Of a stretch of 64,000 nucleotides of DNA, positions 41,601 to 49,401 are shown one piece after another. A model generated the notes under the pieces. The model searched no databases and was not told the DNA's origin. It saw only the letters and a list, made by a program, of their open reading frames with translations. The translations under genes and the position numbers were made by a program. This DNA is from Clostridiales bacterium. Lineage in GTDB: Bacteria > Bacillota > Clostridia > Christensenellales > UBA1242. Each line of letters opens with the position of its first letter. Position 1 is the stretch's first letter. The stretch lies in contig SVIR01000006.1 in assembly GCA_015069395.1 (NCBI GenBank), forward strand, positions 112 to 64,111, in the 5' to 3' direction.

Positions 41601-41638
41601 CCTGCTTCATAGGTTGTAAGTCCGGTAACAATCTTCAT
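38600..41638 (-). CDS. addB: helicase-nuclease AddAB subunit B (RexB-like), degenerate N-terminal Walker A
   Basis: C-terminal nuclease GVVDRVDRV...VIDYKTGK. Fe-S cysteines CPFSHF...GSCEACPYLSIC. Located immediately upstream of, and overlapping, addA. Confidence 0.85.
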   Translation of the reverse strand: MKIVTGLTTYEAGINTLKKIDTTNLEFQNLVVVPDSFSMQAERLLFDVLGINSTLNIEVVGISRLASKVLKNNNISFERISALEEIFLIYKAIKNSENKFKYFNKCGVELCVKILQIVKQFKACNIKPDMIKNIGDDLLDRKMSDLKMIYQEFQNLLGEKLDLSKLLDLFVEKSKKELNLSKFRLFFINFDSFSSEINSFICKLAKVVDEVYIGFAKPEIQSNSFIYEDDILRKTIAFAKENQENVEVEKNSTNLTGETLSMAKNLFAFKVEEGKSDFFVHLVPKNKQEEVEFVAKFIKYQTFLGKKYKDFSVAVSDESYYEKLKTALSDYGIVFYSDDAVDLTQTVLGRFVLKCLNFAKIGLDKEGFEYLLSNELTLTEKSSEFLKKVFYLNVQEVEEFLTLCPSYRELVNLIRKLKNNSTIKDFVETLKLILQKVEENYQKILLKIRDNGLFKKESENKQAQELLMQTFEKLSELGQSEIFELKDFETLLRFVMVNIKVETIPTYIDAVYIGDATSSYFEDVETLFVLGANELPKTRSDSGLIDDNDIKKLKFVLEPEIKVLNRRNRLKLFELLQHAKQRLVVSTPLNSETKQSKNFVEDLSIMFGKNIIRPFMFEEFNVPSVSEEEKVENLLLSIGNDLQGTYSRLRAKDKLPKKYYSALNELVGKLPKEKDLFISEKNIKSLENFSPSQLENYFSCPFSHFLNYGLKIKKKENIEPNKRLFGIFQHCLLKVFVESFKDLSKVENKDIGVFLENNLIAIAKTVYDNKILKSKSFVGYLFNESKIILKNIVEEQRYSSFRPQFLEKRIVFDFDAKHKMVGVVDRVDRVGDYFRVIDYKTGKTQALKKDLYFGRKLQLFLYANAIKQTTKLNCAGMYYFDCQTKYSKINQTGVVLNGMTKKDNEVVLFTDKRLNVSGVRSSLIGMSQKVSAKDGEFYFKNGNTEEDFEIYFDYAKKVVLKAIAEIESGEIAPKPLKGSCEACPYLSICRYRDSMGYRSKDVLKGELFNGEV

Positions 41639-41669
41639 ATCCCTATAATATCACAAAACAAGCAAATAA

Positions 41670-42401
41670 TCAAATATTTTCATTTTTCAATCTTTGAGCA
41701 TTTTTCTTTTTTAAATGCTCTTTCAAAGCTTCTTGTTTTGAAAGTTTTAAATTTTCATTTTCTATTCTTAAAAGTTCGTATTTCTCTTTAAGCTGAGCCA
41801 TTTGGATTTCTTTTTTGCTTAAGTCTAGAAACACTTTTTTAAGAATCAAGGCAGAAGAATTCTTTTCTTCTCTATTTTTTTCTAAAAACTCTTCAACGGC
41901 TGTTTTTTTAATAAGTTTCACAAGTCCAAGAAACAAACTGTTGATTTCGTTTTCCGTCAACAGTTTTTGTTTTTGGCTAAATTTAATTATCTTATTTTCT
42001 TCACAAATTTTTTGCTTCTTCAAATTTTGATATTTGTTTTGCAACCTAGTCATTTCTGTTAAATTTCCATTTGACAAACGGAGGCAAGCCGACCTAACAG
42101 ACAGACCTGTTTTCGTCAACTCTTCAATGTCTGTCATTAATAGTTCTACGTCTTGTTTTTTAAACTTTTTAAAATGAAACTTTGTATGCTTTGACAAATC
42201 TATGTTAAGTTTTTTACATCTCTCTCCATCTTTTTTTAGATTTTCAACCTCCAAATAATAATAATTTCTCACACTATTAGCTTTTCTCTTATATTTTTTT
42301 GCGTGATTTAGAAAAGCACTCTTCAAAGAAACTCCTCTCTTTTTACACTCTTCAATCTCTGCAAACAAATCACACACCTCAAAATCTTTCCAAATGTTCA
42401 T
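41670..42401 (-). CDS. RsfA/Myb-like (SANT) domain protein with coiled-coil tail (tentative)
   Basis: MNIWKDFEVCDLFAEIEECKKRGVSLKSAFLNHAKKYKRKANSVRNYYY follows the W..E...L......G.....F.......R....R..Y pattern of RsfA-type Myb-like domains. The ATG at 42401 is preceded by GGAGGAAAG. Confidence 0.4.
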   Translation of the reverse strand: MNIWKDFEVCDLFAEIEECKKRGVSLKSAFLNHAKKYKRKANSVRNYYYLEVENLKKDGERCKKLNIDLSKHTKFHFKKFKKQDVELLMTDIEELTKTGLSVRSACLRLSNGNLTEMTRLQNKYQNLKKQKICEENKIIKFSQKQKLLTENEINSLFLGLVKLIKKTAVEEFLEKNREEKNSSALILKKVFLDLSKKEIQMAQLKEKYELLRIENENLKLSKQEALKEHLKKKNAQRLKNENI

Positions 42402-42523
42402 ACTTTCCTCCATAAAAATGGTTGCCAAATGCTAAATTTTTTAGTCAAATTTTATTAATTAATAATGCAATATTTTGTCGCAAGTTTTTCATAAAGATAT
42501 AAGGTTCTCACATATAATTTAGT

Positions 42524-43387
42524 ATGAAATATTTATTAAAAAGCTGTTACCCTTGCATAGTAAAAACAAATTCTGAGTTTTGCGAACTTTCAACAAACGA
42601 CACTCTAGAGATCGACAACGAAAGTTGCTTGTTCGTTTACCCACAAAAAGCAAACAGAATTTCTTTTATGATAAATTTATTATCGCCAGTAGAAAATAAA
42701 TTTTTTTCTTTATTAAAACAAAACGAAAACACATTAATTATCTTAGAAGATCAAACAAAAATTAAAACAACAAAAAAGAAAATATTAAACTTTGGAGACC
42801 AATCCTGCGAACTGTCAATTTCCAACAATTTAATTTCTTTTGAGACCAATCAAAGCAAAATCGAAATCGAAACTGAAAGCAAATATGAATTTATTATTGA
42901 AAAAATCAAAAGCTTTGCCTGTGTTTACAACAAACAAGAGTTTTATGCATTTTCCATAAAAAAAAGTCGCCTAACACAAATTTACGGCGACAATATTGAA
43001 TTAAACAACAACATACTAACCATTGAAAAATATTTTGACGACAGCCTCAACAGAAAAAGAACTGCCACTTTCAAAATTGACGAAGACATACAACTTGAAA
43101 AAGAAGAATTCTATCGCGATACAGTTGCAGGGCAAACAGAATTGTTGCCCTATCGAATTTTGGAAAGTATAAAAGCAAAAGATTTTGATTTTGTATATAA
43201 ACATCTTAATGAAACTTTGCAAAGCAAAATTCAAAAGTCTCAACTTGGCACATTTTTTGGAAATATTAATTGTTTTTTGCCGTTGTCAACTAAAGAATTT
43301 ATTTGCATTTCAAACAAATCAAAAAGTTATATAACGTTTGATCTTGTCGATGACAAAATCTGCGACATATCAATGGACGAAATTTAG
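42524..43387 (+). CDS. hypothetical protein (287 aa)
   Basis: Long ORF, divergent from 41670..42401. No recognisable motif. Confidence 0.55.
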   Translation: MKYLLKSCYPCIVKTNSEFCELSTNDTLEIDNESCLFVYPQKANRISFMINLLSPVENKFFSLLKQNENTLIILEDQTKIKTTKKKILNFGDQSCELSISNNLISFETNQSKIEIETESKYEFIIEKIKSFACVYNKQEFYAFSIKKSRLTQIYGDNIELNNNILTIEKYFDDSLNRKRTATFKIDEDIQLEKEEFYRDTVAGQTELLPYRILESIKAKDFDFVYKHLNETLQSKIQKSQLGTFFGNINCFLPLSTKEFICISNKSKSYITFDLVDDKICDISMDEI

Positions 43388-44112
43388 GACAATATGCCCA
43401 TCAACTTCAAGCGCTTGTCAAATCTAGTTTCAAAATTTTTAACCAAAATTTTTAAAAGCCCTCTTTCGCTTCCTTGTGCCAATGAAAGTGTTTTAAGTTT
43501 GTCAAAAGAAGTAGAGCTCAAAATCTTAAGAGCAAGATATTCAGACGGAATCAATTCTTGACTATTTAAATTTTTACAAGAAACACAGACCAATTCTCCA
43601 ACCAAATAGTTTATATAAAGCTTGCTAAAGCTTGTAGTACCACAACAAGAACATCGATCTGAAAACAAGGGTAATCCAACTAAAGTAAAATAGTCTATCA
43701 AAAACTTGTTTAAGACATATAAATTTTTTACATTTGAAAAACATAAGGTTTTTAAACTCTTTAAAAGTAAAACAAAGACCTCGGCAACCTCTTTGTTTGA
43801 AGAAAACTCAATTGAATTTATTATTTCTAAAATCGAAGTTGCTTCAAAAAACTTGTCCAGATCACTAGTTATTTCATAAAAAGACTCAGAAAGTTCGAAA
43901 CCGGTAACAATCATTCCACCTTTCCCATTTTCCACCACAAACTCACCAAAACAGAAAGGATTTTGAGCCATTTTCATTTTTGCATTTGCACCTTTAACCC
44001 CCTTAAGCGTCGCCCAAAATTTGCCTTTTTCAAGAGAAAAAAGAAGAATACTCTTATCCTTCTCTTTTCTATCACTCGCTTTAATTACTATTGCTTGAAT
44101 TGTTTCTGCCAT
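43384..44112 (-). CDS. recO: DNA repair protein RecO
   Basis: N-terminal OB region AIVIKASDRKEKDKSILLFSLEKGKFWATLKGVKG. C-terminal zinc motif CSCCG...CVSC. Confidence 0.85.
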   Translation of the reverse strand: MAETIQAIVIKASDRKEKDKSILLFSLEKGKFWATLKGVKGANAKMKMAQNPFCFGEFVVENGKGGMIVTGFELSESFYEITSDLDKFFEATSILEIINSIEFSSNKEVAEVFVLLLKSLKTLCFSNVKNLYVLNKFLIDYFTLVGLPLFSDRCSCCGTTSFSKLYINYLVGELVCVSCKNLNSQELIPSEYLALKILSSTSFDKLKTLSLAQGSERGLLKILVKNFETRFDKRLKLMGILS

Positions 44113-44113
44113 G

Positions 44114-44260
44114 CTATTCCTTGATCATTTCTTTCTTCTCTCTAATCAAATTGCGCTCTCTCACCAAATCTTGAAGAATATAAGGGTTGCCGTCTGACAA
44201 TTTACACATTTCCCAGGTCAGCTCCTCGAAAATATCATTAAAACCGGTTTGTTTCGCCAT
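44114..44260 (-). CDS. small protein (48 aa), YqzL-like by position and loose sequence pattern
   Basis: Below the ORF-track size cutoff. AGGAGGTG is followed 5 nt later by ATG, and the product is MAKQTGFNDIFEELTWEMCKLSDGNPYILQDLVRERNLIREKKEMIKE. The TAG stop sits 1 nt before the recO ATG. B. subtilis has yqzL immediately upstream of recO. Confidence 0.55.
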   Translation of the reverse strand: MAKQTGFNDIFEELTWEMCKLSDGNPYILQDLVRERNLIREKKEMIKE

Positions 44261-44391
44261 ATCGCACCTCCTTATTTAGTTTGTGTAAAAAGCTACAATT
44301 AATTCTCTTTACAATAACATTGTAACATAGCGAAATAAAAAATCAAACAATTTTAAGAAAAATATGTAAAGTGTCAAAAAAATTTTGACAC

Positions 44392-44883
44392 TTATTCTAT
44401 CACCCTTACAAACATACTAGCATAAGAATACGTTGTAGCTTCTCCTGAAACATTAATCAATTCAAGCGTACTGCCCTGAGCGACGGTAATCGAAATAGTT
44501 TGGGACAAATTTACAACATCACCAACCGTTTGTGATGCCATCAAAGTAGAGCCCTCTATTACTATTCCATTCAGTCGCAGAGCAATTGCTAAGGTTCCCC
44601 CTGCAGGAACTGTTCCTCCTGCAAGATAGGTCACTTGATAAGTGCCTGCTGCAAGAAATACTGCTCCTGGCACAGTAGGAGAAGTTGCGATATTTGCACT
44701 GTCCCCTTCAACAAAGTTTAACGGTATTATCGCGTCGTCAGCTATAGTTCCAGCGCTAAGATTATTGAAAAAACCAAAAATGCTAGTTATAACAGGATTA
44801 ATTACTGTGTTTTCACAGCATCTAATACAAGGACAACAAATAGGGCAAGGGTGATTGAATCTACAACAATTAAATCTCGCCAT
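44392..44883 (-). CDS. Cys-rich N-terminus + BclA-C-terminal/C1q-like jelly-roll domain protein
   Basis: The N-terminus MARFNCCRFNHPCPICCPCIRCCEN has 9 Cys in 23 aa. The C-terminal domain (GTYQVTY...IALRLNGIVIEGS...LELINVSG...MFVRVIE) is paralogous to the C-terminus of the collagen-like protein at 61286..62128. Confidence 0.6.
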   Translation of the reverse strand: MARFNCCRFNHPCPICCPCIRCCENTVINPVITSIFGFFNNLSAGTIADDAIIPLNFVEGDSANIATSPTVPGAVFLAAGTYQVTYLAGGTVPAGGTLAIALRLNGIVIEGSTLMASQTVGDVVNLSQTISITVAQGSTLELINVSGEATTYSYASMFVRVIE

Positions 44884-44991
44884 ATCTTCTCCATTAGATA
44901 GATTTCTCTATCTATTTTCATTTTATTAAACCCTTTATGTTTTTGATACAAACATTTTTGTCGAAAAATTTAAAAAATTTAGTTCAAATGC

Positions 44992-45020
44992 TTGACAGAT
45001 TTTTTATTTATAGGTATAAT
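44992..45020 (+). promoter_or_regulatory. consensus sigma-A promoter TTGACA, 17-nt spacer, TATAAT, driving tRNA-Ile
   Basis: The -35 is at 44992..44997 and the -10 at 45015..45020. Both hexamers are perfect. Confidence 0.75.
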
Positions 45021-45077
45021 AAAACAGCATTCTAGAAATACAGGCAAATCCCCGCCTAGTATCGAGAATGTTCATGA

Positions 45078-45154
45078 TGGCTTGTAGCTCAGTCGGTTAG
45101 AGCACCACCCTGATAAGGTGGGGGTCGGTGGTTCGAGTCCACTCAAGCCAACCA
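45078..45154 (+). tRNA. tRNA-Ile (anticodon GAT), monocistronic
   Basis: Acceptor TGGCTTG/CAAGCCA. Anticodon loop CTGATAA. T-loop TTCGAGT. CCA encoded. Confidence 0.93.
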
Positions 45155-45157
45155 ATG

Positions 45158-45187
45158 AAAGAGAGTTGTTACAGCTCTCTTTTTTTT
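45158..45187 (+). terminator. rho-independent terminator after tRNA-Ile
   Basis: AAAGAGAG-TTGTTACAG-CTCTCTTTTTTTT. Confidence 0.8.
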
Positions 45188-45428
45188 GTTTCAAAAACCT
45201 TTCAAAAGTCCTATTTAGGGGTTTATAAGATTTTAGTGGCAGTTCGAGAGCTCAATAACGGCTTTTTTTCATAGTTTTTTAATCAAAAGTAGGTCAAATT
45301 TAGTGTAGAAAATACACCTGTTTTGTAGCAAATGATTTTTAATATTAAATTGGTATAAAAAAAGACCGACGATGAGTAATTTCACAAACAAAAAACCTAC
45401 TAGATTTCTCTAATAGGTTTATAATTTG

Positions 45429-47405
45429 CTAACTAAATGAATTGACAATTCGAACTTTAATCATTATAGGATTTGTGCTACCACCTGTCCATGTTGAGCT
45501 TTGTTTGCTTTCTAAATCATACAAGATAATAAATGTTCGACCGACTTGATTTGTAGAATTATCTGTCAATACATCGTCTGAAATATTAAAAACACGCTTT
45601 CCGAAAACTTTAATTTTATTAATAAGTTGTGCTTCTGTTAAATCTGCATCTTCCGCTTTTAATGCATAACAATAACCTTGTACAAAATCTCCCACATTTA
45701 TAAAATCTCTTATGATATAATTTTGAAGAGTTGAATCATATAATACTTCAATATACCCTCCAGCAAATTGTATTTTCCCTTCAATTTCTCGACATTCCGG
45801 CCTATTAATTTCACACTTATTCACATGATAAGTAATTTGAATAGGTCTTGAACAATAACTTACACCATCTAATTTCCAAGCAACATTTGGGTTTCCTGTT
45901 GTTATATAAGCAATTTGGTTTTCTTCGGTATATTCCCACACCCCATCATTAATTAATGAATAACCAAAGGCGTTTAAGTCACACACAGTCTGTAATATTA
46001 CTAGTTCTAAACTATATTGATTATAATAAAGTTCAAAATGATTATCTTTTGTAATATATTCATTTGAACCAGCTTTAATTTGTGGCACATAATCCATTAA
46101 TATTTTCTTTATTGTTAATGAAGTTTCATACATATTAGAACAATCATAGTACAAACCTTGTTCGCTCATATCGTTAATCATGTAATAAATAGGAATTGTT
46201 ATTTGGCTATTGTTTGTATAATATTCTAATTCTGTGTAATCTACTAATTCAATTTTGGAATTATCTGCAACCACATTATTACTTCTTGTCCCATCATTAT
46301 TTACATAAACCCATTCTGTTAGATTTGTATTAACATCTTTTAGAACAACCCATTTATACACATCATTTTCTTTAACTGCATGAACTTTTATTTCGGTGTC
46401 ATAGTTTAATATACTAGACCATTCGTTGTCATTAAATCCATAGAATTTATAGTTAATGTATCCTTCTTCTATATTTTTTATTTCACCAATAATATCTAAA
46501 CCACTCAAATAGTAAGTTGTGTTTTCTCGAATATGTGTATTATTGTAGTCAAAAGTATGTGTTAATTTTTCTCTTTCAATTTCAATAGGAAGAATTGTTA
46601 ACGTGGCATAATCGTAAATTCTACCATCACCATCTATACCATATTGCTTGTTATTCCAATCTGGAACATAAGCAAAAATATAATAAGTTCCAGTGGCATA
46701 GCTGTTGTCTATTTGTGTGGTTGAAAAATTGTGACCTGATTGTATCAATTCTTTTTTTTGTGAGGAATTTAAACCGTCATAATTTTCTTTTTCTATTAAA
46801 GCCCATTGTATATGTTCTTGCTTATCATATTCAGCATCTAAATTTTCTATATTAAATCTAAATTGTTTTTCCGGATCTAATTCTCTATCGTTATGACGCC
46901 ATATCATTTCTGCTGAATAAGAATAATTATCGCCATCAAAAATTCGAACTTTAAGGTTTGTCACTCTTTCTGGTTTTATAATAACAACAAAATTTACCGA
47001 ATATGCATTGTCACTTTTTAGTGTTAAAGTAAATTCATAAGCTGTAGCACAATCATTTATAGTAGACCCTGTTCCATTTGTCCAGAAATCTGGAATGGTT
47101 GTTTGAAATTCATTGTTTTGATCGTTCCAAAGACATGTTATATCAAAGTTATCAAGTGGAACATTTGAATTTTTGCTTGAATCTGACCAACTACTTTTTA
47201 CTACAACATTATTAGATGTAATAGCGTTTTGTCCAATCACACACTCGAATTCATTTGTTTTTGCTCCATTAATATATATTTCATACCCTGTTAGCGTTGG
47301 AGTGTTGCCATCACCATCTCGACCTGAGTTACATGCCGTCATTATAAAAGCACATGGTAACATAAAACATATTGCTAATAAAAATGTAAGAACTTTCTTT
47401 TTCAT
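45429..47405 (-). CDS. large surface lipoprotein, function unknown
   Basis: The ATG at 47405 is preceded by AGGAGG. Signal peptide MKKKVLTFLLAICFMLPCAFIMTAC has a lipobox. The mature part is beta-rich. Confidence 0.65.
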   Translation of the reverse strand: MKKKVLTFLLAICFMLPCAFIMTACNSGRDGDGNTPTLTGYEIYINGAKTNEFECVIGQNAITSNNVVVKSSWSDSSKNSNVPLDNFDITCLWNDQNNEFQTTIPDFWTNGTGSTINDCATAYEFTLTLKSDNAYSVNFVVIIKPERVTNLKVRIFDGDNYSYSAEMIWRHNDRELDPEKQFRFNIENLDAEYDKQEHIQWALIEKENYDGLNSSQKKELIQSGHNFSTTQIDNSYATGTYYIFAYVPDWNNKQYGIDGDGRIYDYATLTILPIEIEREKLTHTFDYNNTHIRENTTYYLSGLDIIGEIKNIEEGYINYKFYGFNDNEWSSILNYDTEIKVHAVKENDVYKWVVLKDVNTNLTEWVYVNNDGTRSNNVVADNSKIELVDYTELEYYTNNSQITIPIYYMINDMSEQGLYYDCSNMYETSLTIKKILMDYVPQIKAGSNEYITKDNHFELYYNQYSLELVILQTVCDLNAFGYSLINDGVWEYTEENQIAYITTGNPNVAWKLDGVSYCSRPIQITYHVNKCEINRPECREIEGKIQFAGGYIEVLYDSTLQNYIIRDFINVGDFVQGYCYALKAEDADLTEAQLINKIKVFGKRVFNISDDVLTDNSTNQVGRTFIILYDLESKQSSTWTGGSTNPIMIKVRIVNSFS

Positions 47406-47706
47406 AGAACCTCCTAGCATATATCATACATTTAGTATAACACACATATTTGAATTTTGTATAAATAATACAAAAATTTATTAAAAGATTAAATATAATC
47501 TTTTTCTTTTGTTTTGCGTAGGCATAAGCAAGGGCACTCCTCAATTACAGGTTGCTAAATTGTAAGTTTATTAACTTTTTGATAATGTCCTGTAATCTTC
47601 AAGGTTATTAAATATTTTTTTGAGTTTTTTTGCAAGCTGAATTAATATAATAAAAAGTTTCACAATTCTAAACTTTATAAAAATAAAAAGTGGGTATACC
47701 ACTTTT

Positions 47707-49398
47707 TTAATAAAAATTTTTATCAGTGTGAACATAATGCAACAACTTATGAATAAGCTCATTGTCATTTTCAAGGAGTTCCTCATAAATTTTTTTTACA
47801 CTCTCGTTTTCTCCACTCCCTTTAAACTTGCACATTCCATCAGCTATATAAATTGACTCGCTTCTTTTCTTAATAACTTCTGACACGTCAATTTTGTTGT
47901 AATCCACGTAGATTTGACCTCCTCCGTTTACACAACCTCCTGGGCAAGCCATAACCTCAACAAAATCATATTTCTTAGTGCCATTCTTTATGCTTTCCAT
48001 TACACATTTTGCATTTGCCAATCCATGCACTATTGCAAGCTTAACTTGCCTGCCTTCAAGCTCGACAGTGACCTCTTTTACACCATCTGAGTATCTTACA
48101 TCTTCAAATATATCTTGTTTTTCCCCTGTAAGTTTATAAACAGCATAACGCAAGGCAGCTTCTGTTACTCCTCCAGTAACACCAAAAATAAGTCCCCCTC
48201 CAGAATATTCTCCAAAAGGACTGTCAAACTTGGCTTCTTCAAGCAAATTGAAATCAATAGATTTGAGCTTTATCATTTCTGCAAGTTCTCTTGTGGTAAT
48301 GCTTTGATCAATCACTCCGTGAGCCAAGATTTCTCTTTTCTTGGCCGTACAAGGCATAATCGAAACAATTTTCGCTCTTTTCCCTTGTTTTTCAAAATAG
48401 TATTTTACAAGACTTCCTAACATCTCATTTGGAGATTTGCTGGTAGACAAATTTTCAACAAATTCCGGATAATTTTTTTCACAGAAATTAAACCAAGCTG
48501 GGCAACAACTTGTAAAAAGAGGCAAACCTTTTCCTGTTTTAAGTTTTTGTATAAGCTCATTTGCTTCTTCAATAACCGTGAAATCAGCCCCGTTGTTTAC
48601 GTCAAAAACATAATCAAAACCAATTTGTTTGAGAGCCGACACTATCTTTTTCTCTGCAAAAGTGCCTATATCATTACCAAAAGCTTCAGCGATAGAAACC
48701 CTTACAGCAGGAGCAACTTGGGCAATTTTTATAACGTTAGGTTCGTCCAAAATGTTGAATACATCTTTTAGATTATTTTTTTGAGTAAGAGCCCCCGTTG
48801 GACAAACAAGTACACATTGCCCGCATCCAACGCAAGAAGACTTTTGCATAGGTTTTTCGAAGGCAGTTGAAACCTTTGTTTCGAAACCACGATTAACCTT
48901 TCCTATCGCATAACACCCTTGGTTTTTTGCACATACTGAAACACACTTGCCACAAAGAATACACTTGCTCTCGTCACGAACTATAGCGTTGTTGCTATCG
49001 TCAATCTTAAATTCGCTTTTCTCACCTTCAAATTTGTTTGTGCATTGAAATTGATTGCAAAGCTTTTGAAATTCACATTTAAGATTTTTTGGACAACTTA
49101 AACAATTTTGATTGTGATTGCTAAGCAAAAGTTCTATTGCATTTTTTCTCGCTTTTATTACTTTGTTAGTATTTGTCTTAACAACCATCCCATTTCTTAC
49201 TTTTGTTGAACAAGCCGTACATAGGTTTTTCATTCCTTCAACTTCAACAACACAAACTCTACAGCTTGCAGGTTCGTTTATGTTTTTTAGATAACAAAGG
49301 GTCGGTATTTCGATATTGTTTCTTCTCGCAACTTGCAATATCGTTTCACTTGCATCGGCCTTTATTTTTTTGTTGTCAATAATTACTTCTAAATCCAT
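47707..49398 (-). CDS. hydA: [FeFe] hydrogenase catalytic subunit (group A3 HydA/HndD type)
   Basis: N-terminal 2Fe-2S and 4Fe-4S Cys motifs. H-cluster motifs TSCCPAW, MPCTAKK and EVMACPGGCVNGGGQ. Confidence 0.95.
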   Translation of the reverse strand: MDLEVIIDNKKIKADASETILQVARRNNIEIPTLCYLKNINEPASCRVCVVEVEGMKNLCTACSTKVRNGMVVKTNTNKVIKARKNAIELLLSNHNQNCLSCPKNLKCEFQKLCNQFQCTNKFEGEKSEFKIDDSNNAIVRDESKCILCGKCVSVCAKNQGCYAIGKVNRGFETKVSTAFEKPMQKSSCVGCGQCVLVCPTGALTQKNNLKDVFNILDEPNVIKIAQVAPAVRVSIAEAFGNDIGTFAEKKIVSALKQIGFDYVFDVNNGADFTVIEEANELIQKLKTGKGLPLFTSCCPAWFNFCEKNYPEFVENLSTSKSPNEMLGSLVKYYFEKQGKRAKIVSIMPCTAKKREILAHGVIDQSITTRELAEMIKLKSIDFNLLEEAKFDSPFGEYSGGGLIFGVTGGVTEAALRYAVYKLTGEKQDIFEDVRYSDGVKEVTVELEGRQVKLAIVHGLANAKCVMESIKNGTKKYDFVEVMACPGGCVNGGGQIYVDYNKIDVSEVIKKRSESIYIADGMCKFKGSGENESVKKIYEELLENDNELIHKLLHYVHTDKNFY

Positions 49399-49401
49399 TT
49401 C

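Noticed and set aside
45155-47706. Possible genomic island integrated at tRNA-Ile, carrying the 658-aa lipoprotein gene
   Set aside because: There is no integrase, no direct repeat of the tRNA 3' end downstream, and no obvious compositional break. A single cargo gene next to a tRNA is insufficient evidence.
47421-47786. 71-aa ORFs 47329..47544 and 47571..47786 in the spacer between the lipoprotein gene and hydA
   Set aside because: They are AT-rich low-complexity products (Ile/Lys/Phe-rich). They have no SD and overlap the hydA terminator and 3' end or the neighbouring gene start. They are most likely chance ORFs.
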